Notes: generated by a model from the sequence alone, not told the origin. A stretch of DNA of 64,000 nucleotides from Pseudomonadales bacterium (GCA_016763075.1 JAESUM010000068.1:13051-77050); one strand, 5' to 3'. Shown: positions 50,024 to 59,975, counted from the first letter of the stretch. A program made the numbers and translations.

Positions 50024-50779
50024 TTGAATGTTAGAGATTTATCCGTGAACCGACTTCCCATTATTTTTAAACGCGAGCTAGGTAGCTATTTTTCGACGCC
50101 TTTGGCTTACGTATTTATTGTTATTTTCCTCATTGTTTCGAGCATATTCACCTTCAATATTGGTGGTTTTTACGAAACAGGCCAAGCTGACCTACAGGTG
50201 TTTTTTAACTTTCACCCATGGCTTTACCTGTTTTTTGTACCTGCCATTTCCATGCGCTTATGGGCCGAAGAGCTGCGCGCCGGCACTGTAGAGCTATTGC
50301 TAACACTACCCATCAAACTTTCAGAAGCGGTGTTGGGTAAGTTTTTAGCGGCTTGGGTTTTTATTGGCATTGCGCTGCTACTCACCACGCCTTTATGGGT
50401 TACCGTCAACTACCTTGGCGACCCGGACAATGGCATTATTTTGGCCAGTTATCTGGGCAGCTGGTTGATGTCGGGGGCTTTTTTGGCCATGGGTTCATGC
50501 ATGTCTGCAACCACTCACAACCAAGTGATCGCCTTTATTCTTACCATCAGCCTGTGTTTTATATTTATGTTCACCGGCTTTCCTATGATCCTTTCGGTGT
50601 TCAACGGTTGGTTGCCGGCAGCACTGGTAGACATGATTGCTTCAATGAGTTTGCTGACTCACTTCAATGCCATTAGCCGTGGGGTGCTCGACTTCCGCGA
50701 CCTGCTGTTTTTCATCATTATGATGGTGGGCTGGCTGTTTGCTACCGCCATCGTGATTGAAAAAAAGAAGGCGGGGTAA
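50024..50779 (+). CDS. ABC-2 family transporter permease (GldF-like)
   Basis: 251 aa, six hydrophobic segments. The start is uncertain (TTG 50024 or GTG 50045). Confidence 0.75.
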   Translation: MNVRDLSVNRLPIIFKRELGSYFSTPLAYVFIVIFLIVSSIFTFNIGGFYETGQADLQVFFNFHPWLYLFFVPAISMRLWAEELRAGTVELLLTLPIKLSEAVLGKFLAAWVFIGIALLLTTPLWVTVNYLGDPDNGIILASYLGSWLMSGAFLAMGSCMSATTHNQVIAFILTISLCFIFMFTGFPMILSVFNGWLPAALVDMIASMSLLTHFNAISRGVLDFRDLLFFIIMMVGWLFATAIVIEKKKAG

Positions 50780-52743
50780 TGAGCATGTTTTCAGTGAATA
50801 CGCTTAAATCTTCTTCGTCGCTATTGTTGGTTGCAGTGGTATCGCTTGTCGCCATCACGCTGAGCCAAAGCCTGTTCAATAATGCACGACTCGACCTTAC
50901 ACAAGACAAGTTGTACAGCTTGTCACAGGGCTCTGCCAATATCATCAATGCCATTGAAACCCCTATCACCCTTACCTTTTATTATTCAGACAAAGCCACC
51001 CGCGAAATGCAGCAGGTTCGCGCCTATGCCAAACGCATTACCGAGCTATTGCAAGAATACCAAGCCGCCGCAAACGGTAAAATAATCTTTGAATTAATCG
51101 ACCCAGAAAGCTTTTCTGAACAAGAAGACCAAGCCGTTTCTGCGGGCATACAAGGCATACCCACCAGCCCCGGGGGGCCTGTTTTGTACTTTGGGCTAAC
51201 CGGTACAGCGGGGACTACTGATATAACCGACCAAACCAAAACCCAAGTACTGCCGGCTTTTAGCCCAGATCGTGAAGAATTTCTTGAATACGATATCAGC
51301 CAGCTGATCTACAAATTGGGCCAAACCGACAAGCCCATCGCTGGGGTGTTATCCACACTTAAAATAGACGGCGCCCGCGACCCACGCACCGGCCAGCCCA
51401 CCAAACCCTGGGCTGCAGTTGCACAACTTGAACAGTTGTTTCGGGTAAAAAGTATTAACCCAGCCACCGATAACATTGACGATGACATTGCGCTATTGCT
51501 GGTCATGCATCCGCGCCAGCTTTCGCCAGCAACCTCATTCGCCATCGACCAATACGTGTTAGGCGGTGGCCATGCCATCATCATGCTCGACCCGGTGGCC
51601 GAACAAGATCAAGCCCAAACCGCAGGGGGTGTAAGTAGTTCAGACATGCCCAACCTGCTAAAAGCATGGGGCGTTCAATACGATTCAACCCAAGTACTGG
51701 GGGACCTCACCCATGCCATGCGGGTAAACATTAGCCGCGACCGGCCACCCGTACGCCACCCAGCGCTGCTGCTGTTTGACCAAAACACTGGAGCCGATAC
51801 CGGCGCCAGTAACTTTAACCGCGAAGATATCATCACCCGCCAGCTAGAAAAACTACATGTTTCTAGCGCTGGCGTGCTCTCTGCACTACAAGGCGCAAGC
51901 ACTACATTTACAACCTTAATACAGTCAAGCCAACAAGCAGGGCTCATTGAAGTTAGCAAGTTTGCCAACCTGGAAGACCCCGACGTACTGTTGGGTGCTT
52001 TTGACACCACCGGCCAACAGTACGTGGTTGCGGCGCGTATTTCTGGGCCAGTTAAAACTGCCTTCCCACAGGGTAAACCGGCTGCTGAGTTGGCTGCAGA
52101 TCCTGCTTCTACAGCAACCACTGATGAAGCCAATAACGATACCCACAACATACCTGCACTGAGCGAATCTATAACCGACATACAGTTAATCATTGTTGCC
52201 GATACCGATATTTTTTCAGACCGCCTTTGGGTGCAAGTTGAAGAGTTCTTTGGCCAACAAGTAGCAACGCCCTTTGCCGATAACGGCAATTTTATGATCA
52301 ACAGCGCAGAAAATTTAATGGGCAACTCAGACCTCATCAGCATTCGTAGCCGAGGCCAGTTTTACCGGCCCTTCCACGTGGTAGAGCAACTACGCCGTAA
52401 TGCAGAAGACCAGTTCCGGCTAAAAGAACAAGAGCTCATTGCGCGTTTAAGCGAAACCGAAGGACAACTTGCCGCACTTCAGCAGCCACCCCAAGCCGGT
52501 CAGCAACAAACCCTAAACGCTGAGCAACAGGCAGCCATAGATAGCTTTGTAGAAAAGAAATTATCGATCCGTAAAGAACTGCGGGAAGTTCGCCATCAGC
52601 TAGACCAAGAGATTGAAAGCCTCGGTACTTGGGTGAAACTAATTAACACCCTGCTAGTACCGCTGCTACTAACCGTGCTGATTTTGATTAGAAGCTGGAT
52701 CCGGCGTTTGCGGGCAAAAAGAGCGCTGGGGAACACGCCATAA
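50779..52743 (+). CDS. GldG-like ABC-transporter auxiliary protein
   Basis: 654 aa, with N- and C-terminal TM anchors. The ATG overlaps the permease stop. Follows ABC-2 permeases as in GldA/F/G-type clusters. Confidence 0.7.
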   Translation: MSMFSVNTLKSSSSLLLVAVVSLVAITLSQSLFNNARLDLTQDKLYSLSQGSANIINAIETPITLTFYYSDKATREMQQVRAYAKRITELLQEYQAAANGKIIFELIDPESFSEQEDQAVSAGIQGIPTSPGGPVLYFGLTGTAGTTDITDQTKTQVLPAFSPDREEFLEYDISQLIYKLGQTDKPIAGVLSTLKIDGARDPRTGQPTKPWAAVAQLEQLFRVKSINPATDNIDDDIALLLVMHPRQLSPATSFAIDQYVLGGGHAIIMLDPVAEQDQAQTAGGVSSSDMPNLLKAWGVQYDSTQVLGDLTHAMRVNISRDRPPVRHPALLLFDQNTGADTGASNFNREDIITRQLEKLHVSSAGVLSALQGASTTFTTLIQSSQQAGLIEVSKFANLEDPDVLLGAFDTTGQQYVVAARISGPVKTAFPQGKPAAELAADPASTATTDEANNDTHNIPALSESITDIQLIIVADTDIFSDRLWVQVEEFFGQQVATPFADNGNFMINSAENLMGNSDLISIRSRGQFYRPFHVVEQLRRNAEDQFRLKEQELIARLSETEGQLAALQQPPQAGQQQTLNAEQQAAIDSFVEKKLSIRKELREVRHQLDQEIESLGTWVKLINTLLVPLLLTVLILIRSWIRRLRAKRALGNTP

Positions 52744-52802
52744 AATGGATCGCTATTATCGGCGCGCTAATAATAGCGGTTAGCGGCGGTTGGTATTTGT
52801 GA
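52740..52802 (+). pseudogene. 20-codon remnant of the DUF4340-type gene that normally follows gldG-like genes
   Basis: ATA-AAA-TGG... reads (I)KWIAIIGALIIAVSGGWYL*, like the N-terminal anchor of DUF4340 proteins. It has ATA instead of ATG, stops at 52800-02, and nothing follows. Confidence 0.35.
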
Positions 52803-52918
52803 ATAAATAGCGCCTTTATAGGGGTGGGTGGATGCCTGCCTCGACAACGGCGGCAAATACAACCACGAAATTCACCAATGCGAACACCTTAAAAAGCCAT
52901 GAAACACAAACTAAAAAA

Positions 52919-52940
52919 GGGCCGATAACGGCCCTTTTTT
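52919..52940. terminator. bidirectional rho-independent terminator
   Basis: AAAAAA-GGGCCG-ataa-CGGCCC-TTTTTT, between the ABC operon (+) and the acyl-CoA dehydrogenase gene (-). Confidence 0.8.
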
Positions 52941-52963
52941 ATACCTTTTAATATAGTGAAGCG

Positions 52964-54187
52964 CTACATCATGGCCCAACCCTTGGCACCCATGGTTACA
53001 CGCGGCTCGCGGGGCATTCCAAGACCACGTTCGCTGATCACATTTTTCTGGATCTGCGCAGTACCGCCGCCAATAATGCTAGAGAACGAACCGAGGAACA
53101 TCTTCTGCCAGTCGAGTTCACTTTGGTAGGCATCGCCGCCGTACAACGTACCAAGCTCGCCCATTACATCTACGCCTAAGGAATAGAGTTCGTGGTTGAG
53201 GTAGGCGGTGGAGTATTTAACAATTAAGCCGCCGTGGTCTGGGGCTTTGCCATTCAGGTCATCACTTAGCAAGCGCAGTGAGTGCAGTTTAAGCCCCAAC
53301 AACCTGCCCTGTAGCCGCATCAAACGGTCACGGAAAACCGGCATATCGACTGCGCGAATACCGTCGCAGGTTTCGGCTTTCATCAATTTAATCAATGCAT
53401 TGAGGTTGGCCTCGGTCTGCGCTGGGTTACCAATCATGCCGCGCTCATGTTTGAGTGTGGCGTTGGCCACCATCCAGCCTTTACCGCGCTCGCCAACTAG
53501 TTGGTCGCTACCAATTTTCACATCGGTTAGGAACATTTCATTGAACATGGCATCACCAGTGATGGTAACCAACGGCCGCACTTCAATGCCTTGGGTTGTC
53601 ATTGGCATCAATAGGTAGCTAATGCCGTGGTGTTTTGGTGCGTCCGGTTCGGTGCGAACCAAGATAAAACACATGTCTGAAAAGTGCGCAGAGCTGGTCC
53701 AAATTTTCTGACCATTGATGACGAATTGATCGCCTTCAATCACCGCTTTTGTTTTTAGGCTGGCCAAGTCGCTGCCTGCACCAGGCTCGGAATAACCCTG
53801 ACACCAAACAACGTCGCCTCGAATGGTTGCGCTAATCCATTTTCGTTTTTGCTCTTCAGTGCCTAGCTCTAATAGTGTTGGCACCAACATCGAGATTCCT
53901 TGGCCAGTAAGACCAGTGGAAACATCCGCTGCGATGAACTCTTCCTGAATGATCAGGCCTTTAATAAGGTCTGCTTCGCCTCCGTAGCCGCCGTATTCTT
54001 TTGGGATGGTGCGTGCGGTATAGCCGTTTTCTATCAGTATGTGCTGCCAGCGCTTCACGGACGGTGTCGGCGCTGAGGATGTACCGTTTACAGCTTTCAT
54101 GTTGGGCGCTGTGCCTTTGTGTTCTTCTAAAAAACCTTGTACTTGTTTGCGAAAATCCTGGTGTTCTTGGCTGAAAGTTAAATCCAT
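52964..54187 (-). CDS. acyl-CoA dehydrogenase family protein
   Basis: 407 aa. ACAD N-, middle- and C-terminal domain pattern (WCQGYSEPGAGSDLA, GGGTAQIQKNVIS). Confidence 0.85.
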   Translation of the reverse strand: MDLTFSQEHQDFRKQVQGFLEEHKGTAPNMKAVNGTSSAPTPSVKRWQHILIENGYTARTIPKEYGGYGGEADLIKGLIIQEEFIAADVSTGLTGQGISMLVPTLLELGTEEQKRKWISATIRGDVVWCQGYSEPGAGSDLASLKTKAVIEGDQFVINGQKIWTSSAHFSDMCFILVRTEPDAPKHHGISYLLMPMTTQGIEVRPLVTITGDAMFNEMFLTDVKIGSDQLVGERGKGWMVANATLKHERGMIGNPAQTEANLNALIKLMKAETCDGIRAVDMPVFRDRLMRLQGRLLGLKLHSLRLLSDDLNGKAPDHGGLIVKYSTAYLNHELYSLGVDVMGELGTLYGGDAYQSELDWQKMFLGSFSSIIGGGTAQIQKNVISERGLGMPREPRVTMGAKGWAMM

Positions 54188-54257
54188 GATTGAGCTCTCT
54201 TTTTCGGGCCATATTAATCAAAGGTGTGGCCGCTATTGTGATAGAGGTGTCGGGTAG

Positions 54258-55349
54258 TTACGCGACAAGACCCTGCAATTTGGCTGCAGCTTCGCGGGTT
54301 GCTTCGGGGCCACCCAATAATTGCCGGTTCAGCTCAATGCGTTTTAGCCAATAGTGCAGACCCATTAAGTCGGTGAAGCCCATACCACCGTGGATTTCGG
54401 TTGCGCTACGGGCCACCATTTTGGCCACTTCTTGGGTATTGGCTTTGGCATGACAGGCCATCAAACTGGCCTCTTCGGGTAGTTCATCATAGGCGTATGC
54501 GGCGTACCAAATAAGAGAGCGACAGGGTTCTAAGTCGGCAATCATTTCTGCGCACAGGTGTTTGATGGACTGGAATGAGCCGATAGGGCGCTCGAACTGG
54601 TTGCGTTCAAGGGCATAGTCGCGGGCGCGGTAAAACAATATTTCAGCAGCACCAAAAGACTCCGCTGCCAAGCCAATGCGCCCAGCATCGATCATTTTTT
54701 CGATGGTTTGAGTGGCCGAACCGGCTGCGCCGATTAGTTCGCAATCGACATGATCAAGCAGTACTTCTGCGATGCCACGGGTTTTGTCGCTTACGTTTAA
54801 GCGGTTTCGCGTGAGGCCTGCTGCAGTGGCACTCACGCTGACTAAGGTGTCTGAGCCTACCGCCAAAATCAGTTGGTCGGCTTTTAAGCCATCCATCACA
54901 AACAGTGCTTTGCCGCTAAGTTTCGTGCCGGTTAAGGTAAGGCCGGCATCGCGTCGTACGCCGGTGGCTTCGGTTAAACCCACACCAAAGGTTACGTCCC
55001 CCGCGCTGATTTTATTGAGCCCGTCTTGTTGTTGTGCGTCGCTACCGCTGCCCAGCAATGCTATGGGCGCCAGCACCGCCGTACTGAGATATGGAACCGG
55101 CGCAACAGTGCGGCCAATCGCTTCCATGATTACGGTGGCATCAAACATGCCTAAATCGCTGCCGCCAAATTGCTCGGGGATAATGACGCCGGTTGCGCCA
55201 AGGTCTATCAACCCTTGCCATATGCTGGCTTGCAGGCCGTTGCCATCTGCAGCAAATTTACGAATGCTATCAAGAGGCGTTTGCCCTTCAAGGAAGCCCC
55301 GAATGGCGTCTTGAAGTAGCCCCTGTTCATCGGAAAGTCCGAAGTTCAT
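54258..55349 (-). CDS. acyl-CoA dehydrogenase family protein
   Basis: Preferred start ATG 55349 (MNFGLSDEQ), behind AGGAGA. C-terminal ...HGGMGFTDLMGLHYWLKR is typical of ACADs. Confidence 0.8.
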   Translation of the reverse strand: MNFGLSDEQGLLQDAIRGFLEGQTPLDSIRKFAADGNGLQASIWQGLIDLGATGVIIPEQFGGSDLGMFDATVIMEAIGRTVAPVPYLSTAVLAPIALLGSGSDAQQQDGLNKISAGDVTFGVGLTEATGVRRDAGLTLTGTKLSGKALFVMDGLKADQLILAVGSDTLVSVSATAAGLTRNRLNVSDKTRGIAEVLLDHVDCELIGAAGSATQTIEKMIDAGRIGLAAESFGAAEILFYRARDYALERNQFERPIGSFQSIKHLCAEMIADLEPCRSLIWYAAYAYDELPEEASLMACHAKANTQEVAKMVARSATEIHGGMGFTDLMGLHYWLKRIELNRQLLGGPEATREAAAKLQGLVA

Positions 55350-55454
55350 GCTGATTCTCCTGTTATTGTTAGAATAGGATTTTAGCTTTTCTTTCGTATC
55401 ACCCATGATAGTAATCCATCACAAGTGCGCGGAAATACCCCTTAGGTACAAAAC

Positions 55455-56219
55455 ATGAAATTAATTGAACAGCTCACAATTGCCTCTCAATATTGCGGGC
55501 CACCAGATTCTGCCAATGGCGGCTACGTAGCCGGTGTATTGGCAAAACCCCTGCGAGCGGCAAGTAACGCCAGTGGCCGGGGAATTCAGGTTCGGCTAAT
55601 GGCTCCTCCGCCACTTGAACAGGCACTTGAGCTGTTTGAAACGCACTCGGAACAAGGTGAATTAGGCATGCTACTGCGCTGCGGCGACACGGACTTAGCG
55701 GTAGGGTCTTTGGTCGATGGGCTTACTGCACCTCCCACTGCACCCACTATTAAACAAGCCGAGCAGGCGATGGGTAATTTTGATGGCTCAGACCACCCTT
55801 TTCCCGGCTGCTTCGTTTGTGGCCCAGCCCGCAACCAATCCGATGCACTGTGCATTTACCCGGGCTCTGTTGGCCCCAGCGACAAACCGATGGTGGCATC
55901 CACTTGGCAGGTAGCCGCGGACTATTGTGATGATAATGAGATACTTAAAACGCAAGTGCTGTGCGCTGCGCTAGATTGCCCAAGCTCATTTGGAATTTTA
56001 GAAATACCTGGCAACAAAGAGATGGAACCGATGGTATTGGCCAGTTTCACCTTTATGCTAAACGGCGATCTAAAAGCCGGCGAGCAAGCCATCGCTATTG
56101 GATGGGCTGAATCACGTAAGGGAAGAAAAGCCTTTGGCGGATCTGCAATCTACAATTCAGCCGGGCAATGTGTGGCTCAAGCGCAAGCATTATGGATTTC
56201 GCTAAACCGCGATTTATAA
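55455..56219 (+). CDS. hotdog-fold thioesterase-like protein (uncertain)
   Basis: 254 aa. The FPGCFVCGPARN motif resembles PaaI-type hotdog proteins. Divergent from the ACAD pair. Confidence 0.45.
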   Translation: MKLIEQLTIASQYCGPPDSANGGYVAGVLAKPLRAASNASGRGIQVRLMAPPPLEQALELFETHSEQGELGMLLRCGDTDLAVGSLVDGLTAPPTAPTIKQAEQAMGNFDGSDHPFPGCFVCGPARNQSDALCIYPGSVGPSDKPMVASTWQVAADYCDDNEILKTQVLCAALDCPSSFGILEIPGNKEMEPMVLASFTFMLNGDLKAGEQAIAIGWAESRKGRKAFGGSAIYNSAGQCVAQAQALWISLNRDL

Positions 56220-56326
56220 GCTAAATACAAATATTTGGCGATCATTGAACTTATCTGGGGAAAGCGCACTCAGTAATAGTGAAGATTTTAGTTATCTTTT
56301 TATTATTTTGAAGCTCTCCCCCTCTG

Positions 56327-56365
56327 CCCTGGTATGCATCCTCTGATCATACCGGGGCTTTTTTT
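56327..56365 (+). terminator. rho-independent terminator
   Basis: CCCTGGTATG-11 nt-CATACCGGGG, a 10-bp stem with one G-U pair, followed by C-TTTTTTT. Confidence 0.75.
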
Positions 56366-56443
56366 GCCTGCAACTTGCGCCGGTTTAGCTGGGGTTACGT
56401 ACGTTGTGCCCGTTACTCGAAGGCGAGAGCGCACACCCCATCG

Positions 56444-56962
56444 CTAGGCCGTGCGCTGATACCAACTATTAAGCCGGTTAACCAACTCTTTAACGCCAGT
56501 ACTCTTTGTTGATGAGAACAACTGCACGCTGACCAAATCAGTTTGATCAGCAAAAACTTTTTGTATCTTCATTAGTTGGGTTTTTGCCGCGCCGCTTTTC
56601 AGCTTATCCGCTTTGGTTAGCAGCAGGTGCACTGGGATATCTGACTGCAAACACCACTCAATCATGCTTTCATCAAAAGGTTTGAGGGGGTGGCGAATAT
56701 CCATCACCAATACCAAACCACACAGGCACGTCCGATTAACCAGATAAAGGTCGAGCTGTTTTTGCCAACGATCTTTAACTGATTTCGCCACTTTAGCGTA
56801 GCCATAGCCGGGCAAATCGATCAATTTTCGTTCGTCATCAAGCTTAAAAAAGTTGATGAGCTGAGTCCGCCCCGGAGTTTTACTGACCCGCGCAAGCTTG
56901 CCGCCAGTTAAGGCATTAATGGAACTAGATTTACCCGCATTCGAGCGGCCAGCAAATGCCAC
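56444..56962 (-). CDS. engB: ribosome-biogenesis GTPase EngB (YihA); the true N-terminus probably lies upstream of the annotated GTG
   Basis: G1 motif [12 protein letters not shown]. The open frame with EngB-like sequence ([27 protein letters not shown]) continues up to 57070 but has no ATG/GTG/TTG there. Confidence 0.85.
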   Translation of the reverse strand: MAFAGRSNAGKSSSINALTGGKLARVSKTPGRTQLINFFKLDDERKLIDLPGYGYAKVAKSVKDRWQKQLDLYLVNRTCLCGLVLVMDIRHPLKPFDESMIEWCLQSDIPVHLLLTKADKLKSGAAKTQLMKIQKVFADQTDLVSVQLFSSTKSTGVKELVNRLNSWYQRTA

Positions 56963-57268
56963 CTCGAAACCTTCGTCTTCTGGACATTGGTCGAAACTAG
57001 CGGCGCTGATCAGAAATTCAGCCTGTTGATAAAAGCGGTCGATGGGAGTTCTCCGGCGGTCTATTTTGGATCAGAATATTAACAGAAAATGCATGGCTTC
57101 ACGTTTTAATGACTATTGTTATATAATGCGTCGCGTTGTGTAGCTTGTGCATGTTCAAAATGCTCGCTACGAACTAGGTTTTGATACTTTGTCATACGTT
57201 CTCTGGCCGCACAAAAATTAAAACGGTTGAGAGAATCAGTTGCAGAAATGCAAGGAAACGGTATTTTT

Positions 57269-57559
57269 ATGAAAAAATTGATCTCGATTATCGCTCTTAC
57301 GGTAGTGGCTTTTTCTGTTCAGGCAGAACGCAGCGGCGAAGAAGTCTTTACTAAATCTTGTACTTTCTGTCACGCTTCCGGCGTTGCAGGCGCTCCAAAG
57401 GTAGGTGACAGCGCAGCTTGGGCTACACGCCTTGAAGGCGGTATGGACGCGGCTATTGCCACTGTCAAAAAAGGTAAAGGCGCTATGCCTGCAACCGGTA
57501 TGTGCGGCGACTGCAGCGATGCAGAGTACAAAAATGCTATCGATTTTATGAGCAAATAA
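57269..57559 (+). CDS. cytochrome c5
   Basis: Preferred start MKKLISIIAL (57269). Signal peptide, one CxxCH (CTFCH), and the c5-type disulfide pair (CGDC). Confidence 0.8.
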   Translation: MKKLISIIALTVVAFSVQAERSGEEVFTKSCTFCHASGVAGAPKVGDSAAWATRLEGGMDAAIATVKKGKGAMPATGMCGDCSDAEYKNAIDFMSK

Positions 57560-57616
57560 GGCAGGTTTTACCACCTGCTCACTACGATCACCGAAGAAAT
57601 GATATTGGATAATCTT

Positions 57617-58219
57617 ATGAAAAAACTGACACTGGGTCTTATACTGTTGCTGAGCTTCAGTGCGGTTGCTACCGCTCAAGGCGATGCAGCTGCAGGCGAA
57701 GCTAAAGCGGCTGTTTGTGGTGCATGCCACGGTGTCGATGGTAATAGCATGATCAGCTCATTCCCTAAACTAGCTGGCCAAAATGTTCGTTACCTTGTTA
57801 AACAGATGCAAGATATCAAAAATGGTGATCGTGCTGCTCCTACCATGACGGGCCTTTTAGCGAACTCGTCTGATCAAGACATGCAAGATATCGCAGCCTA
57901 CTTTTCCTCACAAACTGTGAAGTTAGGCACTGCAAAAGCAGAACTGGTCGCACTGGGCGAGCAGCTTTACCGCTCTGGCAGCAAGCGCAAAGGCGTATCG
58001 GCTTGTTCAGCATGCCATTCTCCAACCGGTTCAGGTAACGCACCTGCGGGCTACCCTTCATTGAAAGGTCAGCACGCCGCTTATACCGCAGCGCAGCTTA
58101 AAGCCTTCCGCGCTAGCGAGCGTCACAATGATGCGGACAAAATTATGCGTGATAACGCAGAGCTACTCAGCGACAAAGATATTGAAGCACTAGCTAGTTA
58201 CATTTCTGGATTACGTTAA
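57617..58219 (+). CDS. di-haem cytochrome c4
   Basis: Preferred start MKKLTLGL (57617). Two CxxCH motifs (CGACH, CSACH). Confidence 0.85.
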   Translation: MKKLTLGLILLLSFSAVATAQGDAAAGEAKAAVCGACHGVDGNSMISSFPKLAGQNVRYLVKQMQDIKNGDRAAPTMTGLLANSSDQDMQDIAAYFSSQTVKLGTAKAELVALGEQLYRSGSKRKGVSACSACHSPTGSGNAPAGYPSLKGQHAAYTAAQLKAFRASERHNDADKIMRDNAELLSDKDIEALASYISGLR

Positions 58220-58258
58220 TCCAGTTGCTAGGCAGCGCCCTAGGCGCACAAAGATATA

Positions 58259-58293
58259 AACAACAAAGGCGGCTAAAACCCGCCTTTGTTGTT
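58259..58293 (+). terminator. rho-independent terminator after cytochrome c4
   Basis: AACAACAAAGGCGG-ctaaaac-CCGCCTTTGTTGTT, a 14-bp perfect stem. Confidence 0.7.
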
Positions 58294-58462
58294 TCTGGGA
58301 TCTGCTAATATTACTCTATTGACCCAGCTGCCTAATAACGGCTTAACCGCTATAAACACCTAGCCTTTCTGTGAACAGGAACTCCCTTCTCGATAGATTG
58401 TCTGTTCAACTTCACGTTTCGATATTAATTAATAGTGCCAACGAGCACGATTTTGGAGCCTT

Positions 58463-59107
58463 TTGCGTATGCGATCAAATTATAAAAATAATTTACTGAG
58501 TTTATTTTCCGGGCTCGTTTTATTAGCAGTCTCAACCGTATCCGCCCAGCCATACATTGCTGGGGTTCACTATGCTGAAGTCCCCACACAGAAAAGCTTT
58601 GTGCGCACAGATAAGGTTCAGGTAACTGAATTCTTTTGGTACGGCTGCCCGCATTGCTTCAAGTTTGACCCACTGGTAAACACTTGGCAGGCCACTCTTC
58701 CTGAAGATGTAGCGTTTAACCACTCGCCTTCAATGTGGAGCGAGCCGATGAAACTGCACGCGCGTGCATACTACGCAGCCATCACGCTTGGTGTGCTAGA
58801 CAGCGTACACCCCGCGCTATTTAATGCGATGAACGTCGATGGCCAGCGCTTAACAAGCAAAGCCGAAATCGCCAAAATATTTGAACAACAGGGCGTCAAA
58901 GCTGAAGAGTTCAATAATGCATTCGATGCCTTTGGCACCATCTCAAAAGTAAAACAAGCCGACCAACGTGCCCGTAGCCTAAGGGTTTCTGGGGTGCCAG
59001 CAATAATCATCAACGGTAAATACCGGGTAAGTGCTGGCATGGTTAAAACCTACGCCGAGATGCTCAAGGTAGTTGATTTTTTGATCGAGAAAGAACGTAA
59101 CCTGTAA
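58463..59107 (+). CDS. dsbA: thiol:disulfide interchange protein DsbA
   Basis: Active site FFWYGCPHCF with a signal peptide. The start is TTG 58463 or ATG 58469. Confidence 0.9.
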   Translation: MRMRSNYKNNLLSLFSGLVLLAVSTVSAQPYIAGVHYAEVPTQKSFVRTDKVQVTEFFWYGCPHCFKFDPLVNTWQATLPEDVAFNHSPSMWSEPMKLHARAYYAAITLGVLDSVHPALFNAMNVDGQRLTSKAEIAKIFEQQGVKAEEFNNAFDAFGTISKVKQADQRARSLRVSGVPAIIINGKYRVSAGMVKTYAEMLKVVDFLIEKERNL

Positions 59108-59138
59108 AGACATTCATTCATCGGAGAACCCAGTCGCT

Positions 59139-59975
59139 TTGAGTACACACTCAACATCTAGTTCTGACAGCAACGATAACGAGCCAACCGATGAGGCTGG
59201 CTCAAACGCGGCGGCTGCACGCAAAACACACCTTCGATTAGTGACCTACAACATTCAAGTCGGCATTCAAACCGAAAACTACCATCACTACGTGACCCGT
59301 GGTTGGCAGCATTTACTACCCAACAATACACGCAATCAAAACCTAGACCGGATGGCAGATGCGTTAAAGGATTTTGACGTAGCCGCACTACAAGAAACCG
59401 ATGGCGGCAGTTATCGCAGCGGGTTTGTTAATCAGGTTGAATATCTTGCCGAAAAAGCTGAATTTCCGTACTGGTACCAGCAACGCAACCGCAACCTTGG
59501 GCCACTCGGGCAACATGGCAATGGCCTGTTAACCCGCATCAAACCAGAAATTCTTGAAGACCATAAACTGCCCGGCATCATGCCTGGTCGTGGGGCTATC
59601 ATTGCCCGCTTCGCCTTAGAGCACAGCAGCTTACTGATTATTGTTGCGCATTTGTCCCTTGGGGTAAGGGCGCAGCACCAGCAGCTAGAATATTTACAGG
59701 AACTGATCACAGACGCGGATCACGCCATTGTGATGGGAGATCTCAACAGCCACTTAACCTCGCTGCTGACGGATTCGCCCCTCAAAGACTCTGGGCTACG
59801 CGGGCCTGAACAGCCTCAAAATACGTTCCCAAGCTGGGCTCCGGTTCGTTCGCTTGACCATATTTTAGTGAGCAGCGAGCTTAAAATAGATTCACTCGGA
59901 ACGCTCGATATTCCAATTTCAGATCATCTGCCCGTCGCAATGGATTTAATCTTACCCGAGCCGCTAATCAGCTAA
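59139..59975 (+). CDS. endonuclease/exonuclease/phosphatase (EEP) family protein
   Basis: 278 aa. LRLVTYNIQ N-terminal strand and C-terminal ISDHLPV catalytic motif. Confidence 0.75.
   Translation: MSTHSTSSSDSNDNEPTDEAGSNAAAARKTHLRLVTYNIQVGIQTENYHHYVTRGWQHLLPNNTRNQNLDRMADALKDFDVAALQETDGGSYRSGFVNQVEYLAEKAEFPYWYQQRNRNLGPLGQHGNGLLTRIKPEILEDHKLPGIMPGRGAIIARFALEHSSLLIIVAHLSLGVRAQHQQLEYLQELITDADHAIVMGDLNSHLTSLLTDSPLKDSGLRGPEQPQNTFPSWAPVRSLDHILVSSELKIDSLGTLDIPISDHLPVAMDLILPEPLIS

Noticed and set aside
49084-52743. GldA/F/G-like genes as evidence of gliding motility
   Set aside because: Only the ABC-transporter trio is present. Homologous trios are widespread in non-gliding proteobacteria. No other gld or spr genes are seen.
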